From: Phallusia mammillata
Lineage: Eukaryota
Assembly (NCBI GenBank): GCA_965637545.1
Contig: OZ281500.1
Location: 7,068,001-7,132,000 of the forward strand
Reading direction: 5' to 3'
DNA: 64,000 nt
Shown: positions 24,266 through 35,300 of the stretch, piece after piece
Position numbering within the stretch: position 1 is the first letter of the stretch
Layout of the letters: each line of letters begins with the position of its first letter
Translations under genes and position numbers: made by a program
Notes under the pieces: generated by a model
The model's input: only the letters and a program-made list of their open reading frames with translations
Told to the model about the DNA's origin: nothing
Database searches by the model: none

Positions 24266-27139
24266 ATGAGATGTAATTCTTCGTTTCGTGTGGATGTGAC
24301 AGACTTTGGGTATGCAGAATCAGAAAAAATAGCTTTTATAAATGATCTGTTGCTTGGAGAGATACCCAGGGAAGATTTGTTAAGTCGACTTACAAAGTGG
24401 AAAAATAGCGACCTCGCAAAGGAAGAAAATGCTTACAAGCTAAAAGGGGTATTCGTGGGGGTACTGGATACCAACCAGAATCAAATAGACAATGACGTTG
24501 TTATAGTGCCAATTTCGCAAGGGCCTGCCAACCAACAAGCTGTTGTGAATACCCTATACTCTGAAATATCTAAAAGCAAAAGCCGTTCGGTCGAGGCTGT
24601 ACTGCAAAAGACAAAGGTTGGTTCTGCCATGTCACTGGACCTTGGAAAACAACTGAAAAAATCCAGAAGATCTGAAAGGCGTTATACTCGAAGTATTGAA
24701 CCCGGCATCGTTAAAAAACTTACAAAAAAGTTCAGTTCAGAAAGTTTGGAAAGTTTTGCAAATGACACAAATAACATGTGTGCAAACGATAAAGTTGTGG
24801 ACAAAAATATACCAAACACAGCAAGCCAAAATGAGGAACTGAAAGGCACAGACAAGGAAACTAACTTTCAAAAACCCAAGCCTCACCCACGAAAATGCAA
24901 TCGACCATCTCGGGAAGGTAGACGCAATACAGGCTCTTTAGCTCCTACTTCTGGTCGGTTTTCAAACTCTTCTGATTCTGATAATTCAGACTGGAGTGCA
25001 ATGGGTTCAAACATGGTTGGAAAAAAAGATTTGCGCATTATGGCAAGCATGTCATCATTAACTACAGACAGTAGCAAACCGTCACCGCGAAAGGTTCAAT
25101 ACAAATCCTCGTATCAACTGAAAAAAGAAAGATTAGCACAGGAGAACAACGGCAAGCAACTCATTATTGGTCGCCCAAAACAGCACCCTCATAAAGCGGA
25201 AACCAAACAGCTAAACTATTACAAAGAAGATACCTCGTCTCCAATGCAACCAAACACGGGTATAATAGAAATTGGCAAACGGAAATCACGAACGACAAGA
25301 AATTTTAACGTCAGCACATCCGAGTAAGCATTACAATATATATTTGGTGTGTTACACCAGTGGTCGGCAACCGACGGTCCGCAACCCGGTGCCAGTCCGC
25401 GAGGAGTTCGTTACCGGACCGTATACTTTTTCAAGTTAAATGCTTCAAAACGTTTAGCCCATGTATCGCAGGAAATATCGAATAATTTCAGCGCTTTTAT
25501 TGCTAATTATTTGTGTTTTTGCTGAAGGCCGGTCCGCGATAAAATTTCAGTTTCAAAAACGGTCCGCAGTAAAAAAAAGATTGCCGACCCCAGTGTAACA
25601 CGAATGATAACACTCTGTACAGCACCTAGAAAATGCAGTTATATTTTGTTAATGCTGTGGTGTCATTTCAGCAGCAATTCCGATCTGGGTCAAGTCAGAC
25701 CGAAATCACTCGCAGAATGTTTTTCTCCTTCCCCTCGTTGTGTGGACCACATCCGCTATCCCTTTACCGATAGCTCTTCTTCCTCTGAAGATCGTATGTT
25801 CAACGCAGAAAGACAGAACAGACGAAATCTAGAGAGCGCCATGTCGCCGAAACGGGCGGGTAAATACTAAGCCTTGCAATAGCTTTTCTTCCATGTGTAG
25901 GGGCCAGAATTGTAAGTGGGCCCAAAACCAGAAAGTAGAAACCTTAGCCCCTCCAGAACCGATAACAAAGCCTGTATTACAATCACGAACGTTAGTGAAA
26001 ATACGACAAAAAATGATCTTGAGTACAAAGTCAGGTTCGATTTAAGCTGGTTTTATTGAAACTCTATCCCAAATCCGCCCTGACTTCCAACTTTGAAACA
26101 CAGTATACACACAAGTATGGAAATGCAATTACGGTAGCAACGCTGTGGCTACCAGTTTATCCGCATAGTAAATGTTTACGTGTAAGCAGTGTGCAAGTGC
26201 GCAGCTTAGTGGGTAGCCTACATTTGAATTATGAAATTCTATCTTTCTAATTGTTTTGTTTATTTAACACCATTTTATTTAGAACTCCAGGACTTGGATT
26301 TCGAGGACTTAAAACGTGAAAACGAGGTCTGGCAATCTCTTCGGCGCAAAGTAGATGAACCCACACGGAAGGAAAGACGAAATTTCTCCCCACCTAATCA
26401 ACGGGTGGAAGAATACAAGGAACGCGTGCGTCGGTTCAGCCTAGATCAAGACGCACAGCACGCCAAGGCCCTTAGCCAACGCAAACCATTGCTAAAATCT
26501 CTTAAATCATTGGGCCCTCTTATAACCGCAGCACACAAAATGCGAGTACCAGGCGGTGAAAGACAACAACAAGAAAACAGGACCCAGAGTCAACCGAGTC
26601 CCCACAAAGCACCTCTTAAGTCATTGGGACCTTTTACATCAACCGCCCAACAAATGCGAAGATCAAGTGACGAAGCGAAGCGAAGGTTTAATCACGAAAA
26701 CGGCGTGAATCGTGAGCAGCAAAGCTCATGGGACAAAACTAACTGTTGGAAAGGTGCGTAATTATCTTTTTTATTTGTGTTTGGGTATACATTATGGAAT
26801 TTTAACGTTTCCGTGACCAATCGTTGCGTTTATAACCCTGCACAACTTCCATGGCTTTACAAGAGCCTAAATCATTCAAATCTTTTATTGGTGAATCGAT
26901 AAACCCATGCAACTTCCTAGCATTAAAAGTTTAATTCAAGCACCCTTACATATTTACGAGTTTAAGCAAAAAATGTTAGAACGTGTTTTACAGCCCCGAG
27001 TCCCTCAAAAGGTCCAAATCCGCTCAGTGGCACTTATTTTCCATCACAATTCTGCGATTCCTTGATTGCAGTGAAATCCGCCAAGTGCTGTCCACCCAGA
27101 ATGAGAAGCAGAGAATGGGACATCGCCGATTTTAGATGA
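24266..27139 (+). CDS. Uncharacterised, mostly disordered Ser/Lys/Arg-rich protein, 4 exons, about 620 aa
   Basis: Exons 24266-25323, 25672-25859, 26283-26753, 26994-27139 with phases 2, 1, 1 and 1863 nt open. The start could lie upstream via an acceptor at 24199. Internal duplicated motif LKSLGP..A..MR. Confidence 0.75.
25358..25593. mobile_element. hAT-type MITE in intron 1 of the 620-aa gene
   Basis: Ends CAGTGGTCGGCAA / TTGCCGACCCCAG. Internal GGTCCGC repeats. Near-perfect TSD TGTTACAC / TGTAACAC. Confidence 0.8.
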
Positions 27140-27689
27140 CCAAAAAAGGCCCGAGAAAAGGAAAGACTGGAAGCTGAAGTAACAAAACAAGGATTTTTAT
27201 GCTCCGTTTAGACGTGATTCGATCGCAGGAGTTGGTGTATAACTGTTTTTTGCAATACCTACCTACCACAGTAATGCAAGTGTTTTCGCTAAATCAGCAT
27301 GCATGTAATATAAGCAATATGGACTCGACGCTTTTAGTAATTACACAAGGACGTTATTAATAGGTTCGGAGCCAGCCCTATCGATGTACATATCTATGTA
27401 TGATTGTACGCAAAACATGGTTTCTAGATTAGAACAAGTCAGAGCGTTGTATTGTCATAAACGTTCAAAAATGGCTTTTACATGCAGAGCATAATCTGTA
27501 CAACTGTTCTCTGCGCCTTAGATGTCGATTAATCTGATACACGCAAACTGCTAACTTATCATCGACCCAAAAAAGGACGGATACGATTTGCAATAAAACG
27601 TATTTAAGCAGCCTCATCACATGGTAAAAGCATTATTCGTCCGAAACCCGTTGAAAAGTCGATGATTTAGAATCGGAATACGTACAGCA

Positions 27690-29266
27690 ATGAAGACAGA
27701 TACGTTTGGTGTTCTGTGTATGGTAGTTATGTTGGGGCATTGCACTGGAATTTCCTTACCTCAAAATGCTACAGAACGTTCGATCGAGTCGGCTCGATTA
27801 ACTGCGTATTTCCGCAGGATGAGAGAAGTCATGGATGATATCGTGGATGACTATGTAAGAAACTATAGTTGTAAGTTATTACACGCTGCATCAAGGGCTG
27901 GGCTGTAAGTCTGCCGGGGTTTGGGCTTGACGCGGGCCTGAATTTACTTTCCGCAATATGTTTGCTTCATTTTCACCAACTTCTGGGCCTTGTTTTTCGT
28001 TTTTATTCGGGCTCTGGCCGGATTTCGGGTTTTCCGACAAGATGAGCATAAATACCGAATCTGATCAATTTCAGGCCCGCTTACAACTCTGGCTATTATA
28101 TATTTTGTTAGATCCTACAAGAAATGGACTGCGAAAGCGTTAAAATATGCAGAAGACCACTTACAACCCTGAGTCTAACAGTAGCCTACTACCTGTAGTA
28201 AACAATGCAAGCGTAAGTAAACTACAATAAAACACAATTAAACACATTTTTTTACTAATTAAATAAATCTCGTTAATACGTTTTCAAAATATTTTATCAA
28301 GTATCCGTTTACTTCACATAAGCGAAATCAATTGCTGCTAAGTTATAATCAATTTTGTCTCATTTTTCGTCATTTAACTTTCCCTTGGCTACGTTTCACA
28401 GATAAGTAATGGCAACTGGACAGGGGTGATGCAACAAAATCTTAACGGACTGCAGGACTTCAATTACTTTCTACAAGGTTATTTTAGAAACAGACGATCT
28501 TCCGAAGACGAAACTATTGCGAGAAAACTTCATGATCTAGCAGGCTTTCTTTCACAAGTTATACCTGTTTTCACAACCAACGTAAGTCAATTGTATTCGA
28601 ATGTAATGGAGGGTATTTTGGGGTTTCAACAAGCATCTCGAAAGCAAAGCCAGCTGAAGTTTTTCATCCAGCCCGCTGCCGCTGAATATGATATCCCGTC
28701 AAGTTCTTCTTAAAAATTAGGCTATGTGTCAATTATCAAAAAAATACCGCTTGCCGAAATCATATGCATAAATATGCGCACTTTAGTAAAAACGCTGGTC
28801 ACACCACCTCTCTTACTGCAGGCAATTGCAGATATTTGCCAAATCAAAGTTCCTGCTTGGATATTTTCAAAAGTTGATGTAAAAAATCAGCAATGTGACT
28901 CCGTCAAACCTTTGCTGGCCTCTCCTGAGACCTCTTCAAGGCTTTATTAACTACGTTTAAAATAATAAAAAGCTTTTGTGTTTTTTTACGTTTGAACACA
29001 TACTTGCAAAAATACATGGGGCAATTTGCTATGTACTGTTGCATGCGTTCTCGCAGATACAGGAAAACTACTGCTACGACATGAACATCAGGAATCTTAG
29101 CAGCTATCCTCCATGTGACGTGTGTGAACTTCCAACAGTATCAAGTCACTACCTGGAAGTTGTCAGAAACTATTATTTTCTTCTTCAGTTATACGATTAT
29201 GTCGCCGATTTTGACAACTTCTACCAAAAATTCTTGGCATTTGTATCGATTCCTAAACAATGCTAG
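27690..29266 (+). CDS. Secreted 204-aa protein; candidate long-chain four-helix (IL-6/IL-11/CNTF-like) cytokine
   Basis: Exons 27690-27854, 28153-28212, 28402-28581, 29057-29266 total 615 nt, and all three introns are phase 0. Signal peptide MKTDTFGVLCMVVMLGHCTG. Four amphipathic helices. Four Cys in the mature chain. The gene call is better supported than the family call. Confidence 0.7.
27890..28092. repeat. MITE family with (C)CAGAGTTGTAAG-type ends and GCCCG subterminal repeats; several copies in the window
   Basis: Right end CTTACAACTCTGG here and at about 34555. Left end CCAGAGTTGTAA at about 49711. Both ends, degenerate, at about 6672-6816. Further fragments at about 17445-17545 and 25905-25950. 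Confidence 0.65.
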
Positions 29267-29615
29267 GTTATCATCGAAACTTTTTAGTATTCTTTGCTGC
29301 ATTTTTTGAAGTATTACAAATAACTTATATATAGTATAGTATATTCGCAGTAACAATAAAAAAGGATGGTCATGTAAGCCATTTATTAGCGTACCAAAGT
29401 TGAGAAAGGTGATGTAAATAAAGCAATATGTTTAAAATAACTAAATAAAATACACAGGAAAGCCAGTTTTGCATTGATTTGGGAATTTACATTTTATACA
29501 GTAACATGTAAAGAGACAGGAAAGTGCTGATTGTCATCTTAAAGTAAAAGATCACGTTCAGTTAGCATGTTAAGGCGGGTCAGTTTGTTTCATGCCTTGA
29601 GGTGTTCAACTAATA

Positions 29616-32322
29616 ATGCGAAGTGGAGCATTTACGATGCTATTTCTCTCAAGTCTGCTTTGTATTCTATTGGCCAGGGTGATCTCTGGTAAGTTAAACT
29701 AACATAAACTATTTTGAAAGGGTCTGCACTCACACCGAAAAAAAGATTGCATTAGGAAACAGAAAACGCATTAAGAACAACAACAACTTTAAAATCAATA
29801 GCATACAGATTAAATGATATTCTTACATGGGCGCCGCCACGTAGGGGCAAGGGGGGGCACTTGACCCCCCCCCCCCTTGGAAAATCAAATTACCGCAAAA
29901 TTACAAAATTTTCTCGAAAAAGGTGATGACTGAAAAACGATAATGCTCTAAGAAGGGAAGTTGAGATAGTCAAAGCGAATGTCTAAACAAGCGACTTTAA
30001 CGATGTCTGCATTGTTTACGTATCTGGTGTTGTTTTCATAGCATCTGCCGTTTTTATGTTTTTTAAATGGACAAAATGATTCATAGTTGCGTGACTGTAC
30101 AGGGATTTTTCATCGTTGACGCAAATCTACTGCATATATTTTATGCCATGTGTACATAATTACTTGAAATAGCAATCTATCTCTGCAAGTGTGTTTTTTG
30201 ACCCCCCCTGAAAAAAAGAATCTGCCGGCGCCCATGTATTCTTATATGTGTTGGACAAAAACTTGGCCATGGGAGTTTCATATTTGCACAAACCGTTTAA
30301 CAATACAAAGACGTTGTCTTATTTGTTTAATAGTTTATGTATGAATTTCACGATTCCTGATTACCTATAACGCTGATGTATTTGTGTAATTGTAAGGATC
30401 GCCCTTAACCACTAAAGATACATGCAAAGTCTGTTCGGAAACTTGCGACCTTATAGGTTTGCCCTCGATGATAACGGATGTCAAATCTGTAATCGCTGTA
30501 ACGATGTTCCAAAAAAGGAATAAAAGGCATAGCCAAAAATTACTTGTTGTGTATTTTTGGTTAACCTAGTCTAATGCTTTCGATTTTCACATATTTTACA
30601 GCTTGTTTATGTTACAGAGGAGGTTTATCCCGACATGCAACATCAACGCGAAAACGGAGCAGATATTTCTAAACGGGCAGCTTTAATTATGCCTGATCAA
30701 TATCAATGGCCCAAAAACGGCTCGTTGGTTTCCATTCCATTTGCTTTGCACGAAAATTTGAGTGCGTACATTTGCTTTTCTTTGTGTTTGTTTTTCTTGG
30801 ATTTTTGGATTAACAAATGGTTAAAGTTATTATCTATATTTCGTAGTTTCGGCGTATTATACGCACCTCTGCTAAGCGCTTACAAAATTGATGATAATCA
30901 ACCAATAAAATTTTCAGCACGTTATCAGCTGCAGAGCATTAAAATGGCGGTAAAGGAATATAAAGACAATACGTGCATCCGATTCATCCCAAGAACAAGT
31001 GAACATGATTATGTGCAATTCGTTCGTTCCAACCATTGTACCTCATATTTGTTCAAAACGGGCGGAATGCAAGAGGTTTGACCCAAAATCGTTTTTTTAA
31101 AATACATGTCAATGGTAAACATACACTGGAGGAAACGTGATTTTTAATTCTGAGAAACTTTGTTGTACATATTCGTATTGCGTAAATTGACCAAATTGTT
31201 TACGGCAGGTGTGGCTCGATGTTGAAGGTTGCTTTAAAGGTTTGCTGACTGTTCTGCATGAAACAATGCACTTGCTCGGCTTTATTCACGAACACCAGAG
31301 ACCTGATCGCGACAAGTACATAACTATTCTCAAAGAAAACATCATTCCAAGTACATTAAATACTCTTTAGGCGATTCTCTTAGGGCTAAATCTACAAAAC
31401 ACTATTTTGGCTAGCTCAGATGTTTCAAAGCCGCAGTTTAAAGGTCTAAATGTATGTTTAAATAAGTAGCTGCTGAATATGGCTTTTAATTGTCACTATA
31501 ATTTTATTTATTTACAGCATTCTGATTTGAACGGCGTTATTTTATCAACTTGATCATAATATTTCTCCGTTTGTATGTAGTGGAGCATACAAAATGGAAG
31601 GTATTATTGGAAGTATTGAAAGCGTTTCTTTGTTTTTCAGACTTGCTGGCAAACTTTAAGCCCTTTAACAGCTCATCCATAGATTCCTTCGATTCCCCGT
31701 ACGACCTAGATTCGGTTATGCACTACAATGGTTCCACCTTTTCACGCAACGGCAAGCCCACGATCATAGACAAAAGGTATCACATGATAAGCAAATACGA
31801 GTCCCCAAGAATGCAATGTGGAATCAGTTTGTTTTTACCAACGACATATTTGTTTAGCACCAACAAATCGAAGTTTGTGCCTCCAAACTCCACCTTTTCT
31901 GCCAACGATGTGTATCAAATAAATATGAAGTACAACTGCACCGGTAAGAAAAGATTTTAAATTAAAGCGTTTTACCAAATCTCAAAAATCAAAACTTTCA
32001 TCTATTTAATTTTTACAGACAAGCTAGCTGAACTCGCCATCAAATGCAAATTAGAACTAAAGTGAGTATAACGCTGAAAAAGCGGCCTTTATGTATCAAA
32101 TATGTCCCAAAAAATATTGCAAACACATTTACTGTGACCAAAACAAACTAAACAGTTGGTTTGAGCTGGTTACATTGTTTTGACAGAAACTGCACTGACG
32201 TGCAAAGGCTTAACCAGTGGTTACCAACCACTAGTGGTACTCGACGGCATTCCTGGTGGTACGCAAACACATTTTGTTTTTTTATTTATGCCGCTGTTTT
32301 GCACACAAATTGCATATTCTGA
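29616..32322 (+). CDS. Astacin-family (M12A) zinc metalloprotease, about 305 aa (3' end uncertain)
   Basis: Exons 29616-29688 (signal peptide), 30618-30761, 30918-31075, 31209-31350, 31641-31776, 31858-31943, 32019-32061, 32187-32322 are phase-consistent. Propeptide ends KR|AAL..QWP. Motifs [24 protein letters not shown], Met-turn [20 protein letters not shown]. Confidence 0.9.
29826..30236. mobile_element. hAT-type MITE (411 bp) in astacin intron 1
   Basis: TIRs CATGGGCGCC / GGCGCCCATG. Perfect 8-bp TSD TATTCTTA on both sides. Confidence 0.9.
30397..30530 (+). pseudogene. Frameshifted antistasin-like pseudo-exon inside astacin intron 1
   Basis: One frame reads TCKVCSETC and the adjacent frame continues [17 protein letters not shown], together giving the antistasin pattern C-x-C-x3-C-x2-[G/R]F-x2-D-x2-GC-x2-C-x-C. 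A stop (TAA) follows and there is no good donor. Confidence 0.7.
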
Positions 32323-35300
32323 CATAAAACGTTTATTACTTAAAACACCGGGTGGCGTATCACTTACTATGCTGGTGCAAAATTAGGACGACGGAAACTG
32401 TTTGTAAATAAAATGTTGCGTCTTCAATTGAACTGAGAGTAATTATACTGAACAGTATCAGACCCAGCCAGATTTGCGTGTGTTGAAAAAGGAAACGCCC
32501 ACTACACATGCGAATGAGTGTGCAAACAAGTTCACTACCAAAAGCCTCAAAAGGAAAGCGTGCAAGATTCACCAGAGAAATTATTCGGAAGTTATTTTGC
32601 CTTGTTATACTGTTTGGTTGGTTGTAATACACAGTGAGATGGTGGATTTTGTTTTGCTTCAATGCAAGTTAGAAAAGTCTATTGTTTAGTTGCTAGGTGT
32701 CTCGCGTGAGTACAATAAGGTTCCCAACAGGGGGCGGAACTCCTCCCTAGGAGGGAATTTGAAAAAAAACTCCATGGGAGGAATTTACTTACATTTGTAT
32801 GTGGTTTGTAAATAGACACTTTTAGCTCTGGGAATATGAACTGTAAAAATGATAAAAGCTCCAATTTTAATTTTTTTATGGTTTACTTTAGCATCTACTA
32901 TGTAGTCGATTGGGGAGGAAGGGAGGAATTCATGGCAGCCGGTAGAAAATTTTGCACGAGGGGGTAAATTTTGACACATATACTTATACATGGATGGATT
33001 ACGATATCATACAAATAAGTACAAAGAGTCTCCCCTTTTGCCGTTATGTGTCGGCGCCTATGGATAAATTCGTCGATAAAGGTTGGGAACCACTGGTTTA
33101 ATGTAAACATGTCAACCAAACTCAATGTCAAACGCTTTTTCGTTGCAGGTGAAATACACTCCCTAATGGTCCTTTCTGGGGATTCTGTCTTCGCACATGG
33201 AAAGTTAAACAACACTTCCAAATGGGATAGTCAACAGTCAACATTATTTGCCTAAATTAGTCACACTTAGTCTGTATGGGATGCACTCTTAACGCGTTGA
33301 GGTAAAAAGTAGTAGAAAAAGCTATACACACCCACTTACCGCAGTCACGCCCTAGAACTTCCCCACTGCCATTGTTAAACAATTGACCGTTCGGGGCGTT
33401 GGAGAAATCCATTGTTGGGAGCATAAAGTGAGGCGCCTAAGAGATAGGCTGGTTTGGGAATAAGAAAGGCATTCTTGCAAACAGTTTAGGGACGATTGTA
33501 AACTATGCCACTTTCCAGGATTCAGCAGTTAGTGTTTGTACATCGCAAATCTTATTATAAATGAAGATAGGTATGTATATTTCAACATTTTTTCTGCAAA
33601 TGCGTCTGTTACATTGATTACACATATATTTAGCATGGTTTTGTTAGATTGACAACAATTAGGCCAGTCAAAGACCAGAGAGATGCAAAGTATGAACTTA
33701 GTCATGTAGTCAGAATCGCTGCCGGAATTTGTAGGGTTTAACGAAGGAATTTTGAAACACGGGTTTTGTGTGCACACATATATGTCAAAAAATGTATTGT
33801 AAATTCTCCTAAAATCAAATCCAGGTGTCCTTTTTGGCCCTTGGTTGTGAAGCGATTTTAGCAATTGTGCATGGGTGAAAAAACTTTATAAAACTCTCAA
33901 ATTTAATAAAAGGTCGAATGGGCAACTGAAATCAATAATTTGCGCTAAATTTAAGCACCTTTGTATTGATCTCTTATTATGTACAAACTTTTGCGACCCG
34001 TAACGTTAGGAGTGAAAAAACAGTGAATGTTTTACTATGTAACAAAAACGGACGCCACGGCGCACGGCCAAACAAACAATAAGGAGAAAACTCAATCTGT
34101 ACATTTGACACCAAGCTAAAGAAATGCAAAACCACAATGTTTCTTGTCTAAACATAATTCGTTTTGCGGGACGATCTTGTTTTTTCACCAAAACAGCTCT
34201 CGAGAACTGTAGACTGCCAGTCTGGTTTGCATTGAGGTTAAAAGATTTCCTCAGCATTATGCGGGTTTTTGTGCTTGGTGGTGCCTATAGTGCGTAAATC
34301 CGAAACGTTTTGAGTAACATGTTTAGGACCGAAAGCTTGTTTGACAGGGATACTAAAGAAGACCTACACACTAAACAATAATAGACAGCGGCCAAAACAA
34401 GACGTTTTAGGGCTGTTGGGCATTAGGGTACATACAGCAATATAGCTACTTAGCTAGGTAGTTATTTTAAAAAACATCATGTAAAGTCAGGCCCGAACTA
34501 AGCCCGCGTGTCAAGGAAAACCTAAGCCCGAACCCGATCCGACTTACAACTCTGGTGTAGCATACAAGCATATGAGGTAAGTTCTAATTAGAGGCAATAT
34601 CGTTGGCATCAGCCTTCATTTTGCATACGGCGCTTGTGTGGCCAAAACAGTAACGAAACCTTGCATATCCCTTGGCATGGGTCTGAGCGCGTTTCTCTTT
34701 CCGCAAGTAATCTTTTCTCGTTACAGACACAAACAAGTAAATCGGGTTTTCGAAATTTTCAGCTTGAGAGAGCAAGGCCTAAGTAACCTTTGTTTTGTAA
34801 CTTTTACGTAAAGGTGACCTTTTTCGAAAAGAACGGCAAAGCGATTTCCTGGCAAAAACTTTTCCTCGTGTAAAGTTTTGTAAACAAGACTGTATGATAG
34901 AACTAACATCGGTGTCAAATGGGTATTTTTTACGTTTTGTAACTGATAATGCATAGAACAAGCTCACCTTAAGACGTTATTAATCCGGCCGCATTTCCAT
35001 GATCGACGCCCGCTTGAATTATTCATCGACGCAAAACGAAAATGACCTGCGTTATTGCGTTATTAGTGACAGTTTTAACTGCTCGAACAACCTGAAACGT
35101 AGCATAGGTCGCGTGTCCTCACAGGTAACTGAATAATCGCGTAAAGCTGTGAACAGGTCAAGGAACATCAAATGAGATTAGAATTGAAAAACATATATTT
35201 GATGAAAATAGTAAATAATTTTTTTTTTAATAAATGTGTATCTATTAATTCATATAATTTTCAAGTGAATAGCCCAGCTAGAGCTAGAGTTGCCAATGCA

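Noticed and set aside
28112-28180. Alternative cytokine loop exon ILQEMDCESVKICRRPLTTLSLT
   Set aside because: It needs a weak GTAGCC donor and cannot use the strong GTAAGT at 28213. The 28153-28212 exon fits both sites in phase 0. Not fully excluded.
29267-29615. Operon-like link between the cytokine candidate and the astacin
   Set aside because: The 350-bp gap contains several AATAAA signals and room for a promoter; co-transcription cannot be shown from sequence.
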